DNA from: a bacterium | GTDB taxonomy: Bacteria > UBA8248 | Direction: 5' to 3' | Assembly: GCA_965199855.1 (NCBI GenBank) | Contig: OZ241326.1 | Span: 1,120,001 to 1,184,000 of the forward strand | Length of the DNA stretch: 64,000 nt | Part shown: one piece after another, positions 33,061 to 42,246 of the stretch | Layout: every line of letters starts with the position of its first letter | How positions within the stretch are numbered: the first letter of the stretch is position 1 | Notes under the pieces: model-generated | What the model was told of the DNA's origin: nothing | The model's database searches: none | Seen by the model: only the letters and a program-made list of their open reading frames with translations | Translations under genes and position numbers: made by a program

Positions 33061-33744
33061 TCAGGGAGAATCATCCGGGGACGGGCGATGCCGCCGCCCG
33101 CGCGCCTTGAGCGCTCGGGCGATGTATTTTCTGTCCGAGAAGGCGAATTCGCGTATCCATCGGGCCAATTCCCGATACAGATGCGTTTCCGCGTCCTCTT
33201 CCACCCCCAGCGTATAAACGGGCATCCAGCGCATGAAATGCTCGTCCATGAACCGCGCGCTCAGGGAGAGCTTCTCCCGCGCGAGGCCGGGCCGCTCAGC
33301 CGTCCAGGCGTCCGCCTCCTCGTCGATGAGCTTGGCGAGAAACTCGAGCTCCACGCTCGCGTGATCCATCGCCAGCGCGCCGGGGTGGCCCAGCCCCGCG
33401 CTTCCTCGTCCGGGGTTGTAGCCGCACGCCCGGTAGAAGTCGGTGACGGCGTCGGTCGCCTTCGAGTTCAGATGCCCGCTTTCGTCCACCAGAGCGGCTT
33501 CGTAGGGGGGCGAGGAGAGGAGAAACAGGTTCGTGAAATCGACTCTGAGCCGCTTGATCGCCTCGTCCGTGACTTCAAAGCCTTCGGGGAGGAGGAACGG
33601 ATAATTCTCCTGGAGGAAGGCGGCGAGTTCGGCGTCGATCGGGTCGAGCAGCGTCCGCGCCTGCACCCGGTAGAGCTCGGCGCGGAGCCTCGCCTGCCCG
33701 GCGTATTCCGCGTGGGAGGGGCGGCGCTTCCAGGGGATGCTCAT
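33061..33744 (-). CDS. TorD/DmsD-family molybdoenzyme chaperone
   Basis: PPYEA, DHASVELEF, HFMRW motifs; start overlaps the stop of the Mo-subunit gene. Confidence 0.88.
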   Translation of the reverse strand: MSIPWKRRPSHAEYAGQARLRAELYRVQARTLLDPIDAELAAFLQENYPFLLPEGFEVTDEAIKRLRVDFTNLFLLSSPPYEAALVDESGHLNSKATDAVTDFYRACGYNPGRGSAGLGHPGALAMDHASVELEFLAKLIDEEADAWTAERPGLAREKLSLSARFMDEHFMRWMPVYTLGVEEDAETHLYRELARWIREFAFSDRKYIARALKARGRRHRPSPDDSP

Positions 33745-36617
33745 TCGGCGATGGCGTAGGCCTCGGGCCGGGGCTTGTTGGGCCGGGCGAACCAGAGCGG
33801 GCGGCGAAGGTTGTCGGGCCCGGGCGCCGGCTTCGTCATCTCGAGCCATTTCCTGTAGTGCTCGAAGCTCTTCCTGGTGTCCACGCTGATGTCGCCGTAG
33901 CGATCCGAAGCCCCCGCCTTCGTGACCTTCACCTTCTGGTGCCAGCAGTGCATTCCGCTCACCGGGTCGGGGTTGACCGGGAAGGTGAGGTTCTGGTTCA
34001 CGCCCACCTCGCGCCACCAGATGCGCTCCGTGTCGGGGTCGTCGCTCTTGAAGGGCTGGACGCCGTGAATCTGGCGCATGGCGTATTCCCCCTCGCCTTT
34101 CTCCTCCAGGCGCACGACGGCGGAGGCGATCCTGGGCGCGCCCTGCTCCTCGCTCAGCCGCCAGCGCCCGAGGTGGTGCGCCATGGCGACGATGCCGGGC
34201 CGCACGCCTTCCGTCACCCAGCATCTCGTGACGAAGTGGCCTATCGCGGTTTCGACCCTCGCGAGGTCGCCCGTGCGCAGTCCGAGGCGGCGGGCGTCGT
34301 CGGTGTGCATCCAGAGCGGGTTGTTGTGGGTGATCTCATAAAGCCACTTCACGGCCGAGCGCGTATGGATGAGGGTGGCCAGGCGGTAGTTGGGCAGCAG
34401 GTCGAATTCGTTTTCCTCTTTTTTCATGTCGCGCCAGTAGACGTGTGTCTTCATGTATTTGGGTATCGCCGCGTCGCCCCAGTTCCAGGCCGCCATGGTC
34501 GGGCTGTAGAACTCGAGTTTCTTCGAGGGCGTGGGGAAGCCCGCCCTCGGCCTGCCCCGGCTCATGCTGCCGATGACGGCGCCGTCCTTGCGGATGGCGC
34601 CCGTCCGCTCGTCCGTTTCGGCGCCGCTCGCCGCCTCCTCGGAGAGCTCCCGCATGTGGGGTTCATACACGTTTTCCTGCACCGCGAAGACGCCGTATTT
34701 TCGCATGTATTCGAGCGGCGTCAGCCCCTCCTTCTCGGCCGCTTCGGGAAGCCCGGGGACGCCGTTCTCGAACATCCACCGGTAGTATTCGTTGACCGTG
34801 ATCTTCTCGCCCGGCCGGTAGGGGCTCTCGAAATACCGTCGGATGCCGAGCGAGCCGTCCGGGTCGATCCGCCAGGAGAGTTCGATGTGGAGTTCATCCT
34901 CTTCCCACACCTCGCCGGGGTTCGCCTCGCGCGAGCTCTCGAAGGTCTCGCCCATTCTTTCGCGCAACGCCCTCAGCACGGGCTGGCGGAAGCCCACCCA
35001 TTTCGTGGGGTGCGTCTCCTGGCTCTGGTTGTCGTGGCGCTCCGTGGCGTTGCCCATGGGCAGAATGTAGTCCGCGAACCACGCCGTCTCGCTCCAGGTG
35101 GGGGTGAGTGCCACGTGGCAGCCTATCTTCTCGTGATCCTTGAGCATGTCCACCCACATGAAGCCGTCCGGATTCGTCCACACCGGGTTGTAGACCCGCG
35201 TGAAGTAGACGTCGACGCGGTGGCCCTTGTCCTTGATGAGATGGGGCATCAGGAAGCTCATCTCGAAGAAGGCGAGGGGGTATTCCTTCGGGAAGAGGAG
35301 TTCATTCCACTCCTTGGGACCCGGGGCGGGGTTGGGGTGCTTCGGCACGAATTTGTGTGTGCTCGCCAGATGGGTTCCGCCCACGGTGCCCACCGCGCCC
35401 GTCAGCGACGGCAGAAAATGGAGGCAGCGCGCCACCTGCCAGCCGTGCAGGTTTCCGGTGGCCGCCGCGCGCCAGACGTGGACGCAAAGACGGCTTCCCG
35501 CGCGGGCGACGACCTGGGCGACCTCCGCGATGAGGTCGGCGGAGACGCCCGTCTCCTCCGCCGCGTAGGCGAAGGTGAATTCCGCGTATTCCTCCTTGAG
35601 CTTCTTGATGAAGTTCTCGAAGCTCGCCTCCTCGCCGGGATGAACGGCCTCCATGTATTCGGCCCAGTTCATCCATTCGCGGACGAACTCCGCGTCGAAC
35701 TGTCCCGTCTCCAGCAGATGGCGCGCGACGGCCAGCAGAATCGCGCTCTCCGTTCCGCTGTATGCGGGCAGCCAGTAGTCGGCCTTCGCCGCCGTGTTGG
35801 AGAGCCTGGGGTCGATGACGATGAGCTTCGCCCCGCTCGTCTGCGCCTCGATGATGCGCTGGGCCGAGGGGTTGTAGTAGTGGCCGGTGTCCAGGTGGCT
35901 GCTGATCAGCAGGATGGCGTCGGCGTTGGTGAAGTCGGGCGAGGGCCTGTCCGACCCGTTCCACAGGAACTGTCCGATGCGCGCCGAGGAGCTGCACACG
36001 TTCGTGTGGCTGTTGTGGCCGTCCACGCCCCAGCCGGCGAGCGTCCTGAACATGTAGCCGTCTTCGCCGGGGCGTCCGACGTGGTAGATGACTCCGTTGC
36101 GCCGCTCGGCCAGAATCGCCTCCCGGATGCGTCCGGCGATGTCGTCGAGCGCCTCGTCCCAGCTCACGCGCTCCCATTTGCCCTCGCCGCGCTCTCCCGC
36201 CCGCTTGAGGGGGTAGAAGATGCGGTCGGGGTCATAGACCTGGTTGAGCGTCACCCATCCCTTCGCGCAGTTGCGCCCGCGCGAGGCGGGGTGGAGCGGA
36301 TTCCCCTCGATTTTGCGAATCTTCATGTCGTCTTTGTCGACGTAGGCGAGAAGCCCGCATCCCGCTTCGCAGTTGAAGCAAAGCGTCGGAACCAGCGCGT
36401 AGTTTCTCGCCGCCTTGCGCGGCCATTTCGCGCTCTCGTATTCCGTCCAGTCGTCCCATCTGTCCGGGGTCGGGTAGGAGGCGAGCGCGCCGTTCACGTT
36501 CGTGTAGTTCAGCTGGCCCGCGGGAGCCGGGGGCGGCGCCTTGGTCAGCAGATCGGGACGGCCCAGAGAGGCGATGTCGCGCGCGCCCTTGCCGACCTGG
36601 AGATGGCTTGTGCTCAT
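33741..36617 (-). CDS. DMSO-reductase-family molybdopterin oxidoreductase, catalytic subunit (no Tat signal)
   Basis: FS0 motif CFNCEAGC…C, PLKRAGERGEGKWERVSWDEAL, HTNVCSSS (Cys ligand region), VIDPR, SETAWFADYILP, C-terminal Mo-bisPGD domain. Confidence 0.93.
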   Translation of the reverse strand: MSTSHLQVGKGARDIASLGRPDLLTKAPPPAPAGQLNYTNVNGALASYPTPDRWDDWTEYESAKWPRKAARNYALVPTLCFNCEAGCGLLAYVDKDDMKIRKIEGNPLHPASRGRNCAKGWVTLNQVYDPDRIFYPLKRAGERGEGKWERVSWDEALDDIAGRIREAILAERRNGVIYHVGRPGEDGYMFRTLAGWGVDGHNSHTNVCSSSARIGQFLWNGSDRPSPDFTNADAILLISSHLDTGHYYNPSAQRIIEAQTSGAKLIVIDPRLSNTAAKADYWLPAYSGTESAILLAVARHLLETGQFDAEFVREWMNWAEYMEAVHPGEEASFENFIKKLKEEYAEFTFAYAAEETGVSADLIAEVAQVVARAGSRLCVHVWRAAATGNLHGWQVARCLHFLPSLTGAVGTVGGTHLASTHKFVPKHPNPAPGPKEWNELLFPKEYPLAFFEMSFLMPHLIKDKGHRVDVYFTRVYNPVWTNPDGFMWVDMLKDHEKIGCHVALTPTWSETAWFADYILPMGNATERHDNQSQETHPTKWVGFRQPVLRALRERMGETFESSREANPGEVWEEDELHIELSWRIDPDGSLGIRRYFESPYRPGEKITVNEYYRWMFENGVPGLPEAAEKEGLTPLEYMRKYGVFAVQENVYEPHMRELSEEAASGAETDERTGAIRKDGAVIGSMSRGRPRAGFPTPSKKLEFYSPTMAAWNWGDAAIPKYMKTHVYWRDMKKEENEFDLLPNYRLATLIHTRSAVKWLYEITHNNPLWMHTDDARRLGLRTGDLARVETAIGHFVTRCWVTEGVRPGIVAMAHHLGRWRLSEEQGAPRIASAVVRLEEKGEGEYAMRQIHGVQPFKSDDPDTERIWWREVGVNQNLTFPVNPDPVSGMHCWHQKVKVTKAGASDRYGDISVDTRKSFEHYRKWLEMTKPAPGPDNLRRPLWFARPNKPRPEAYAIAE

Positions 36618-36635
36618 GCTCTCGAAGCTCCTGAA

Positions 36636-38156
36636 TTATGAAAGGGGGACGGCCTGTCCGGCCTTGACCCAGATTTTGTCCCACAGATAGGCGCCGGCCG
36701 CCGCGAGAACGCCCGCCAGTGCCGCGCTGAAGCCGCCGAACCCTCCCGCCCAGAGCAGGGCGAGGGGGAGAAGGCAGCCCACGAGAATCGCCCCGCCCCA
36801 GAAGTCGTTCTTGAAAGGCCCGCTCCTCAGCAGATGAACAGCCCGTTCGTGGGCGACGGAGCCGAAGCGGTGCGCCAGCGTCGAGAAGACGAGGATGCAC
36901 AGGTGCAGCAGGATGAGAACGGCGAGCGCCCCGCCCAGAACGCTCAGGACGGCGGCCTGATCCTCAATGGGGAAGAGCGTGGCGAAAAGAATCAGGATGG
37001 CCGCCCCCTTCAGACCCGACTGCACGCCGATGTCGAGGGTGTTCTCGCTTCCCTTCCACAGGTCGCGCGCCGAAGCCTGGGCGAAGAAAAAGCCCGTGTA
37101 TATCGAAGCGAGCGCGCCCAGGATGATCGTGGGCCAGAGGATGAGGCCCAGAAAACCCTCCGCCCCCGCCAGGGCGCCCAGCGCCCAAAGGAGGGTGAAG
37201 AGGCCGTCCAGCGCGATGAACCACGTGCCCCAGGCCATCCAGCTGCCCCAGTTCGAGCGCAGGAGGATGTAGTAGAACCGCTCGGGCCGCTTCAGGTCGG
37301 CGATGAGCACGGCGCCCGTGACGGCGAGCAGGACTCCGCTCAGGGCGGGCATCCAGAAGGAGAGCATGGAGCTTCGGAAGCCGAACGCCCACAGAAGAAG
37401 GCTGATGACGAGAAGCCCCGTGCTCGCGCCCTTGGCCATCAGGTAGGCGATGATTTTCGACTCCCAGGGGGCCTGGTGGAAAGTGTCGTATACGGCGCGG
37501 CTCTCCCCCGGCTTGTTCTCCCACTCGGGCGCCGCGTCTTCTTTCTGCAGATCCATCTCGCCCTGCTTGTAGATGCCAGACTGGCTCGCCGCCGTGGGGT
37601 CGAGGAGCTGGCGGCTGCCCTCCAGATAGTAGATGTTGGGCGCCGTGTTGTATTCCGGCTTTCTCACGTGATGGGGACGCTGCGTGGTGAGCCTGGCGAT
37701 TTTGGAGTCCGTGTCCTCCACGTCGCCGAAAACGCGGCACTGCGTGGGGCAGACCACCACGCAGGCGGGCTCCAGGCCCACCTCGAGGCGGTTCGCGCAG
37801 AAATTGCACTTCTCGGCGGTCATCGTGTCGGGGTCGATGAAGAGCTGATCGTAGGGACAGGCCGCGATGCAGGACTTGCAGCCGATGCACCACTCCGTGT
37901 CGAGGTCCACGATGCCGTCCCTGCGTCTGAAAAGGGCCTTGGTCGGGCAAATGTTCTGGCACGGCGCGTCGTCGCACTGGTTGCACAGGACGGGGAGGAA
38001 CTCCCGCCTCGTGTTCGGAAAGACGCCTTTCTCGACTTCCTTCACCCAGCAGCGCCAGACGCCGATGGGAATGTCATGTTCCGATTTGCACGCGATTGTG
38101 CAAGCATGACACCCGATGCAGGATTCGAGGTCGATCGCCATGGCGTATTTTGGCAT
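36636..38156 (-). CDS. Fused 4x[4Fe-4S] ferredoxin (DmsB/NrfC-like) and NrfD/PsrC membrane anchor
   Basis: CIGCHAC…CNQC…CIGCKSCIAACP…KCNFC…CP followed by DLKRPERF…SWMAWG and multiple TM helices. Confidence 0.92.
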   Translation of the reverse strand: MPKYAMAIDLESCIGCHACTIACKSEHDIPIGVWRCWVKEVEKGVFPNTRREFLPVLCNQCDDAPCQNICPTKALFRRRDGIVDLDTEWCIGCKSCIAACPYDQLFIDPDTMTAEKCNFCANRLEVGLEPACVVVCPTQCRVFGDVEDTDSKIARLTTQRPHHVRKPEYNTAPNIYYLEGSRQLLDPTAASQSGIYKQGEMDLQKEDAAPEWENKPGESRAVYDTFHQAPWESKIIAYLMAKGASTGLLVISLLLWAFGFRSSMLSFWMPALSGVLLAVTGAVLIADLKRPERFYYILLRSNWGSWMAWGTWFIALDGLFTLLWALGALAGAEGFLGLILWPTIILGALASIYTGFFFAQASARDLWKGSENTLDIGVQSGLKGAAILILFATLFPIEDQAAVLSVLGGALAVLILLHLCILVFSTLAHRFGSVAHERAVHLLRSGPFKNDFWGGAILVGCLLPLALLWAGGFGGFSAALAGVLAAAGAYLWDKIWVKAGQAVPLS

Positions 38157-38308
38157 CGAAAATCCCCGTTCGTGATGAAGCGCGTCTCTCGCGGCGTGGC
38201 TTTGGAGTCTCATTAGTAGAGGTTTGCGGCTCGCGTGTCAATTCGGGCGGGGCGATGCCGGCTTTTCCGCTTTCCGGGCCGCCTCGACAGCCGGAGGAAG
38301 CCGAACCG

Positions 38309-38938
38309 ATGAGGCGAAGCCCCGAGAAGCCGAAGCTCGCGCGTCTGGCGAGGAGCCTCACGCTCCTGCGGCTGCCGGCGACGCTTCTGTTCGCGTGGGC
38401 TTCGCTTCGCCTCGAATCCGCTCCTGCCCCGGGGTGGCGGGCTCTGCTCATCGCCAGCTACGCATACGCCGTCCTGAGCGACCTCCTGGACGGCCCGCTG
38501 GCGCGGCGCGCCGGCGCGAGAAGCTACCTCTGGGGACAGGTGGACGCCTTCTCCGACATCGCCTTCAACGCGGTCGCGCTCGCAGCGGCCGCCTGGGCGG
38601 GGCGGCTCGGCCCTTGGGCGCCCCTGGGCGTCCTGGCGCTGGGCGCGCGGTTTCTGTGGCGCTGCCGGAGCGAGCGAGCGGGCGGATCGCCGCCCGATGG
38701 CTCCTTGCCCGAAGATGCGGCGGGCAGGCGGGCGGGGGTCTTTTTTTACGTTCTGACGGGCGTCGTCGTCTTCGATATGGCCTTCCCGCTCGCCTGGCTG
38801 GAAGCCGTTCTTCCCCGGCTCGGCGAGCTGGCTTTTCTCTACGCCCTGTATGCGCTGCTTCGGGGCCGGCTCGCCCCTCGGCGGCGCGTCAGCCGGCCCG
38901 CTTCCCGCCGAACAAATCCGAATACGCCTTCGGGATGA
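38309..38938 (+). CDS. CDP-alcohol phosphatidyltransferase family protein
   Basis: LTLLR, SDLLDGPLARR…G…DAFSD signature (DxxDGxxAR…G…DxxxD). Confidence 0.85.
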   Translation: MRRSPEKPKLARLARSLTLLRLPATLLFAWASLRLESAPAPGWRALLIASYAYAVLSDLLDGPLARRAGARSYLWGQVDAFSDIAFNAVALAAAAWAGRLGPWAPLGVLALGARFLWRCRSERAGGSPPDGSLPEDAAGRRAGVFFYVLTGVVVFDMAFPLAWLEAVLPRLGELAFLYALYALLRGRLAPRRRVSRPASRRTNPNTPSG

Positions 38939-39830
38939 ACAGCAGGCCGATGGTTCCGTTCGCCAGCATGAAGGTGAGATGCGAGACGAGGCTGTAGGCG
39001 AGGAGGTCCGCCTCCGGCGCGTAGTCCTTGAAGAAGAATATCCACGCCGCCTGGGAGGTGCCCAAGTGCGCCACGGTCACCGGCAGGGCGCCTATCATGA
39101 ATACGAGCGGAAGAAACGTCAGGAGCCGCAGGGTCGGAATCTCCATGCCGAAGAGCGTCAGGGCGTATTTGTGCACGAACAGAGAGAGCAGGAACACCGC
39201 GCCCTTGAGCGCGAGGATGGCGAGTCCCTGCTTGAGGCGGATGGCGCGAAAGGTGTTCAGCAGGGTGTGGCTTCCGATTTTCTCTCCGATGACGCCCAGC
39301 CCGCCGCGCGCCGCCCGGGTGATGAGAAGCCAGAAGCAGGCGAGCCCTATGGGCAGGGCGAGCAGGACGGGAGGCGCGCCGCCCGGAAAGAAGACGAGGC
39401 CGATGGAGGCGAACGAGATGAGATTCGTGACCTCCAGGAGAATGAGCATGGCGACCGTGCCGGTGATTTGGGCGAGCGGGGTCTGGAACCTGCGGTGAAA
39501 ATAGAGGGCGAGCGCCACCTGGGCCAGCTGGGTGTTGATGATGGAGACGACGTAGGTGACGGCGCGAACGGGCAGCAGGGTCGGGAAGCTCAGGGATCCG
39601 TGAAACCAGCGAATCATCCTGCTCAGGACGAAGGTGTCCATCAGGAAAAAGCAGATCGAAAAGGACGCCATCAGCGCGAGAAAGGGCAGGAGCCTCGCCT
39701 TCGAGAGGGCGGCGAGGAATTCGCCGAAGGGAATCCGCCAGAAGATGACGAGGAATATCGCCGCGGTCAGCGCGATGGGAACGATCCGCCTGGCCCAGCC
39801 TGATGGATGCGGAACCTGGTTTTGCTCCAA
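38889..39830 (-). CDS. Lysylphosphatidylglycerol-synthase-TM/UPF0104 flippase-like membrane protein
   Basis: Multi-TM protein with C-terminal LPVT…LG…Q motif typical of UPF0104. Confidence 0.75.
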   Translation of the reverse strand: MEQNQVPHPSGWARRIVPIALTAAIFLVIFWRIPFGEFLAALSKARLLPFLALMASFSICFFLMDTFVLSRMIRWFHGSLSFPTLLPVRAVTYVVSIINTQLAQVALALYFHRRFQTPLAQITGTVAMLILLEVTNLISFASIGLVFFPGGAPPVLLALPIGLACFWLLITRAARGGLGVIGEKIGSHTLLNTFRAIRLKQGLAILALKGAVFLLSLFVHKYALTLFGMEIPTLRLLTFLPLVFMIGALPVTVAHLGTSQAAWIFFFKDYAPEADLLAYSLVSHLTFMLANGTIGLLFIPKAYSDLFGGKRAG

Positions 39831-39843
39831 AGTGAAGCCTCCG

Positions 39844-40764
39844 TTATTCGGGATTCGGCAGCGAGAGGCTCAGGGCTTCGTCAACGCCGGTGCGCGGGAT
39901 GGACATAGCGCTCCGGGCCTCGTCATCCTCGCGGAGATGCTCGTAGAAGATGATGTCGAACACGTCGCGGGCCGTGGCGAAGGCGGGAGAGAACAGGGCG
40001 AGAACGCTCAGGCAGGCTCTTGCCGGCCCTCTGGGAATCGGCAGGATTCGGGGCCGTTTTCCCAGTTTTTCGCCTGCGCGCCTCAGGAGTTCGGCGTAGG
40101 GGAGGGCGTCCGGCCCGACGAGGTTCACGGGCCTGAGCGGGGCTTCGGGGTGAAGAAGCGCCCATTCAACCGCGCCCAGAACGTCGCCCTCGTAGATGGG
40201 CTGAATGCGAACCGCTCCTCCCGCGATGAGGGGCGCCGTCGGGGAGCGCAGCAGTTTTTTGAGCTGGTTCATGGCCGGGGCGTCGGGCCCCAGTATCATG
40301 GGAACGCGAAAAATGGCGCCGCGCCGAAAATGTTCCCGAATCAATTCCTCCGCCTGCCCTTTCGCGCGCAGATATTCGTTTTTCGACCCCGGATCCGCCC
40401 CCGGAAAGCTGAGATAGACGAATGAATCGACGCCGCGGGCGAGGCTCGCCTTGACGACGCTTCGCGTGGCGAGCAGGTTCGATTGCAGGAGGGAGTCGCC
40501 CGCTCTGGGCCGGAGGGAACCGGCCAGGTGGGCGACGCATTGCGCGCCCTCCAGGGCGCGTTCGAGGCTTTCGGGGTCGTCGTAGTTCACCTCCACCAGT
40601 TCGGCGGCCAGGCCGCGGAGGCTCCCGGCCCTGCCCAAGTCGCGGACCAGCGCCCGCGCGCGCGTCGGCTTGACGGTGCTTCCCCTGCCGAGGCGCTCAA
40701 TGAGCGCTTTGCCGACGGCGCCGTTCGCGCCTGTGATGGCGATGTCGATGGATGCCGCTCCCAT
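39844..40764 (-). CDS. NAD(P)-dependent epimerase/atypical SDR (NDUFA9-like)
   Basis: ITGANGAVG Rossmann motif, HLAG, YLRAK (YxxxK), QPIYEGDV. Confidence 0.87.
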   Translation of the reverse strand: MGAASIDIAITGANGAVGKALIERLGRGSTVKPTRARALVRDLGRAGSLRGLAAELVEVNYDDPESLERALEGAQCVAHLAGSLRPRAGDSLLQSNLLATRSVVKASLARGVDSFVYLSFPGADPGSKNEYLRAKGQAEELIREHFRRGAIFRVPMILGPDAPAMNQLKKLLRSPTAPLIAGGAVRIQPIYEGDVLGAVEWALLHPEAPLRPVNLVGPDALPYAELLRRAGEKLGKRPRILPIPRGPARACLSVLALFSPAFATARDVFDIIFYEHLREDDEARSAMSIPRTGVDEALSLSLPNPE

Positions 40765-40834
40765 GGTATCGAAGGAGACGCGCGCAACAGTCCCTCAGAA
40801 GCGCTTTTCGAGAGGCGGCGAGGGGCGCGGCGGC

Positions 40835-42067
40835 CTACGCCAGCATCCTGTGGGTCGGCGCCGTCATCTTCTCGATGGGCAGCCCGTGCGTGCAGGCGCC
40901 GGCGCAGCTTTGGTGCGCGCAGGCGAGGCACGCGGACGCGCCCGCGCCCAGGAGCGCGTATTCGGCCCTGGCGAAGGTCACGTCCTCATAGTCCTTCGCG
41001 TACATGCGGGTGCGGAGCACGTCCGCGATGGGGACGTTCTGCGGGCATGCGCCCTCGCAGTCGTTGCAGGCGTGGCGGCAGTAGGACGCGCCGTTGAGCC
41101 GCGCGTATTTTCGGAGAATCGGCAAATCGCGGCGCGACGCCTTCTGCCAGCCGGAGCCGCCCAGGAACTCGTCGATTCTCTCCTTGCTGGTCATCGAAAT
41201 GATGAGAGAGTCCACGTTCGGGTTCGAGAGCGTCCAGCGGAAGGCCGCCTGCGAATACGTGGCGCTCCCCTGCTCGTAGGGCCGCATGTCGTTGAGGCGC
41301 GCGCCCATGAGCGTCTTCATGGCGACGACGCCGATGCCCTTCGCCTTCGCCCGCTTGAGGGTCTGGGGCAGCTTGGGGAATCTGGCGATGAAGTCGAAGC
41401 CGCGCGTGAACTTCTGGTAGAAGGCCGGGTCCTGGCCGAAGTTGTAGGCCACGAGGAACACGTCCACGGCGCTCTCGTCGATGCAGTAGTCCAGGCACTC
41501 GATGAGGTTTCCCGCGTGGCCCGACATGCCGGAGTAGCGGATTTTCCCCTGCTTCTTCGCCAGCGCCACGAACTCGCGCCACCCTGGGTTCTTCATCCTC
41601 TCCACGTCGTTCACCGCGTGGTTGAAATAGACGTCCACGTAGTCCGTCCTGAGTCTTCGCAGGCTCGCCTCGAGCGAGCGCATCATCGACTCCCCGGAGT
41701 CCCTCGCCCCCGTGTGCGTCTTGGAGGTGAGATAGACCTTTTGGCGCTTTCCCCTGAGCGCGTTGCCTATGGCGATCTCGGAGTCTCCGCCGGTGTAGCT
41801 CTCGGCGGTGTCGAAGTAGTTGATCCCCAGGTCGAGGGCGTGATGAACCAGCTCCTCCTCGCCGGCGCCCAGCCGGCTGCCGCCGAACGAGATGTCCGAC
41901 ATCCTGATGTCCGTTTTTCCCAGGGCGACGTAGCGGCGAACGCGGTTTTGGGCCGCCGCGACGTCCGGAACGGCCTGCGCGAGGGGCAGAAGCCCGACGC
42001 CGAGGCCCGCGGCGGCGCTTTTTTTCAGGAAATCGCGTCTCGGCAGGAACTCCGGGTTCGCGGTCAT
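40835..42067 (-). CDS. Aldo/keto reductase with Tat signal and C-terminal Fe-S motif
   Basis: PRRDFLKK twin-arginine signal, GINYFDTAESY, LRTDYVD, VVAMK; C-terminal CRHACNDCEGACP and CLACAHQSCAGAC. Confidence 0.88.
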   Translation of the reverse strand: MTANPEFLPRRDFLKKSAAAGLGVGLLPLAQAVPDVAAAQNRVRRYVALGKTDIRMSDISFGGSRLGAGEEELVHHALDLGINYFDTAESYTGGDSEIAIGNALRGKRQKVYLTSKTHTGARDSGESMMRSLEASLRRLRTDYVDVYFNHAVNDVERMKNPGWREFVALAKKQGKIRYSGMSGHAGNLIECLDYCIDESAVDVFLVAYNFGQDPAFYQKFTRGFDFIARFPKLPQTLKRAKAKGIGVVAMKTLMGARLNDMRPYEQGSATYSQAAFRWTLSNPNVDSLIISMTSKERIDEFLGGSGWQKASRRDLPILRKYARLNGASYCRHACNDCEGACPQNVPIADVLRTRMYAKDYEDVTFARAEYALLGAGASACLACAHQSCAGACTHGLPIEKMTAPTHRMLA

Positions 42068-42246
42068 CTTCGTTCTCCGGGAGAGAGGAAGGCGGCGACG
42101 CCGCCATCTCACCGCATTTTCGCTTCCGGGTCAATCTGCGAAATTCGTCCGCTCGTCATCATCCCTCGCTCTTTACGCTGTCAAGCGCCGGCCGCCGGGA
42201 TATTCTCCGCTTTTTCGGCTCCGGGTCGTGAGATGAACTTCTCGCG

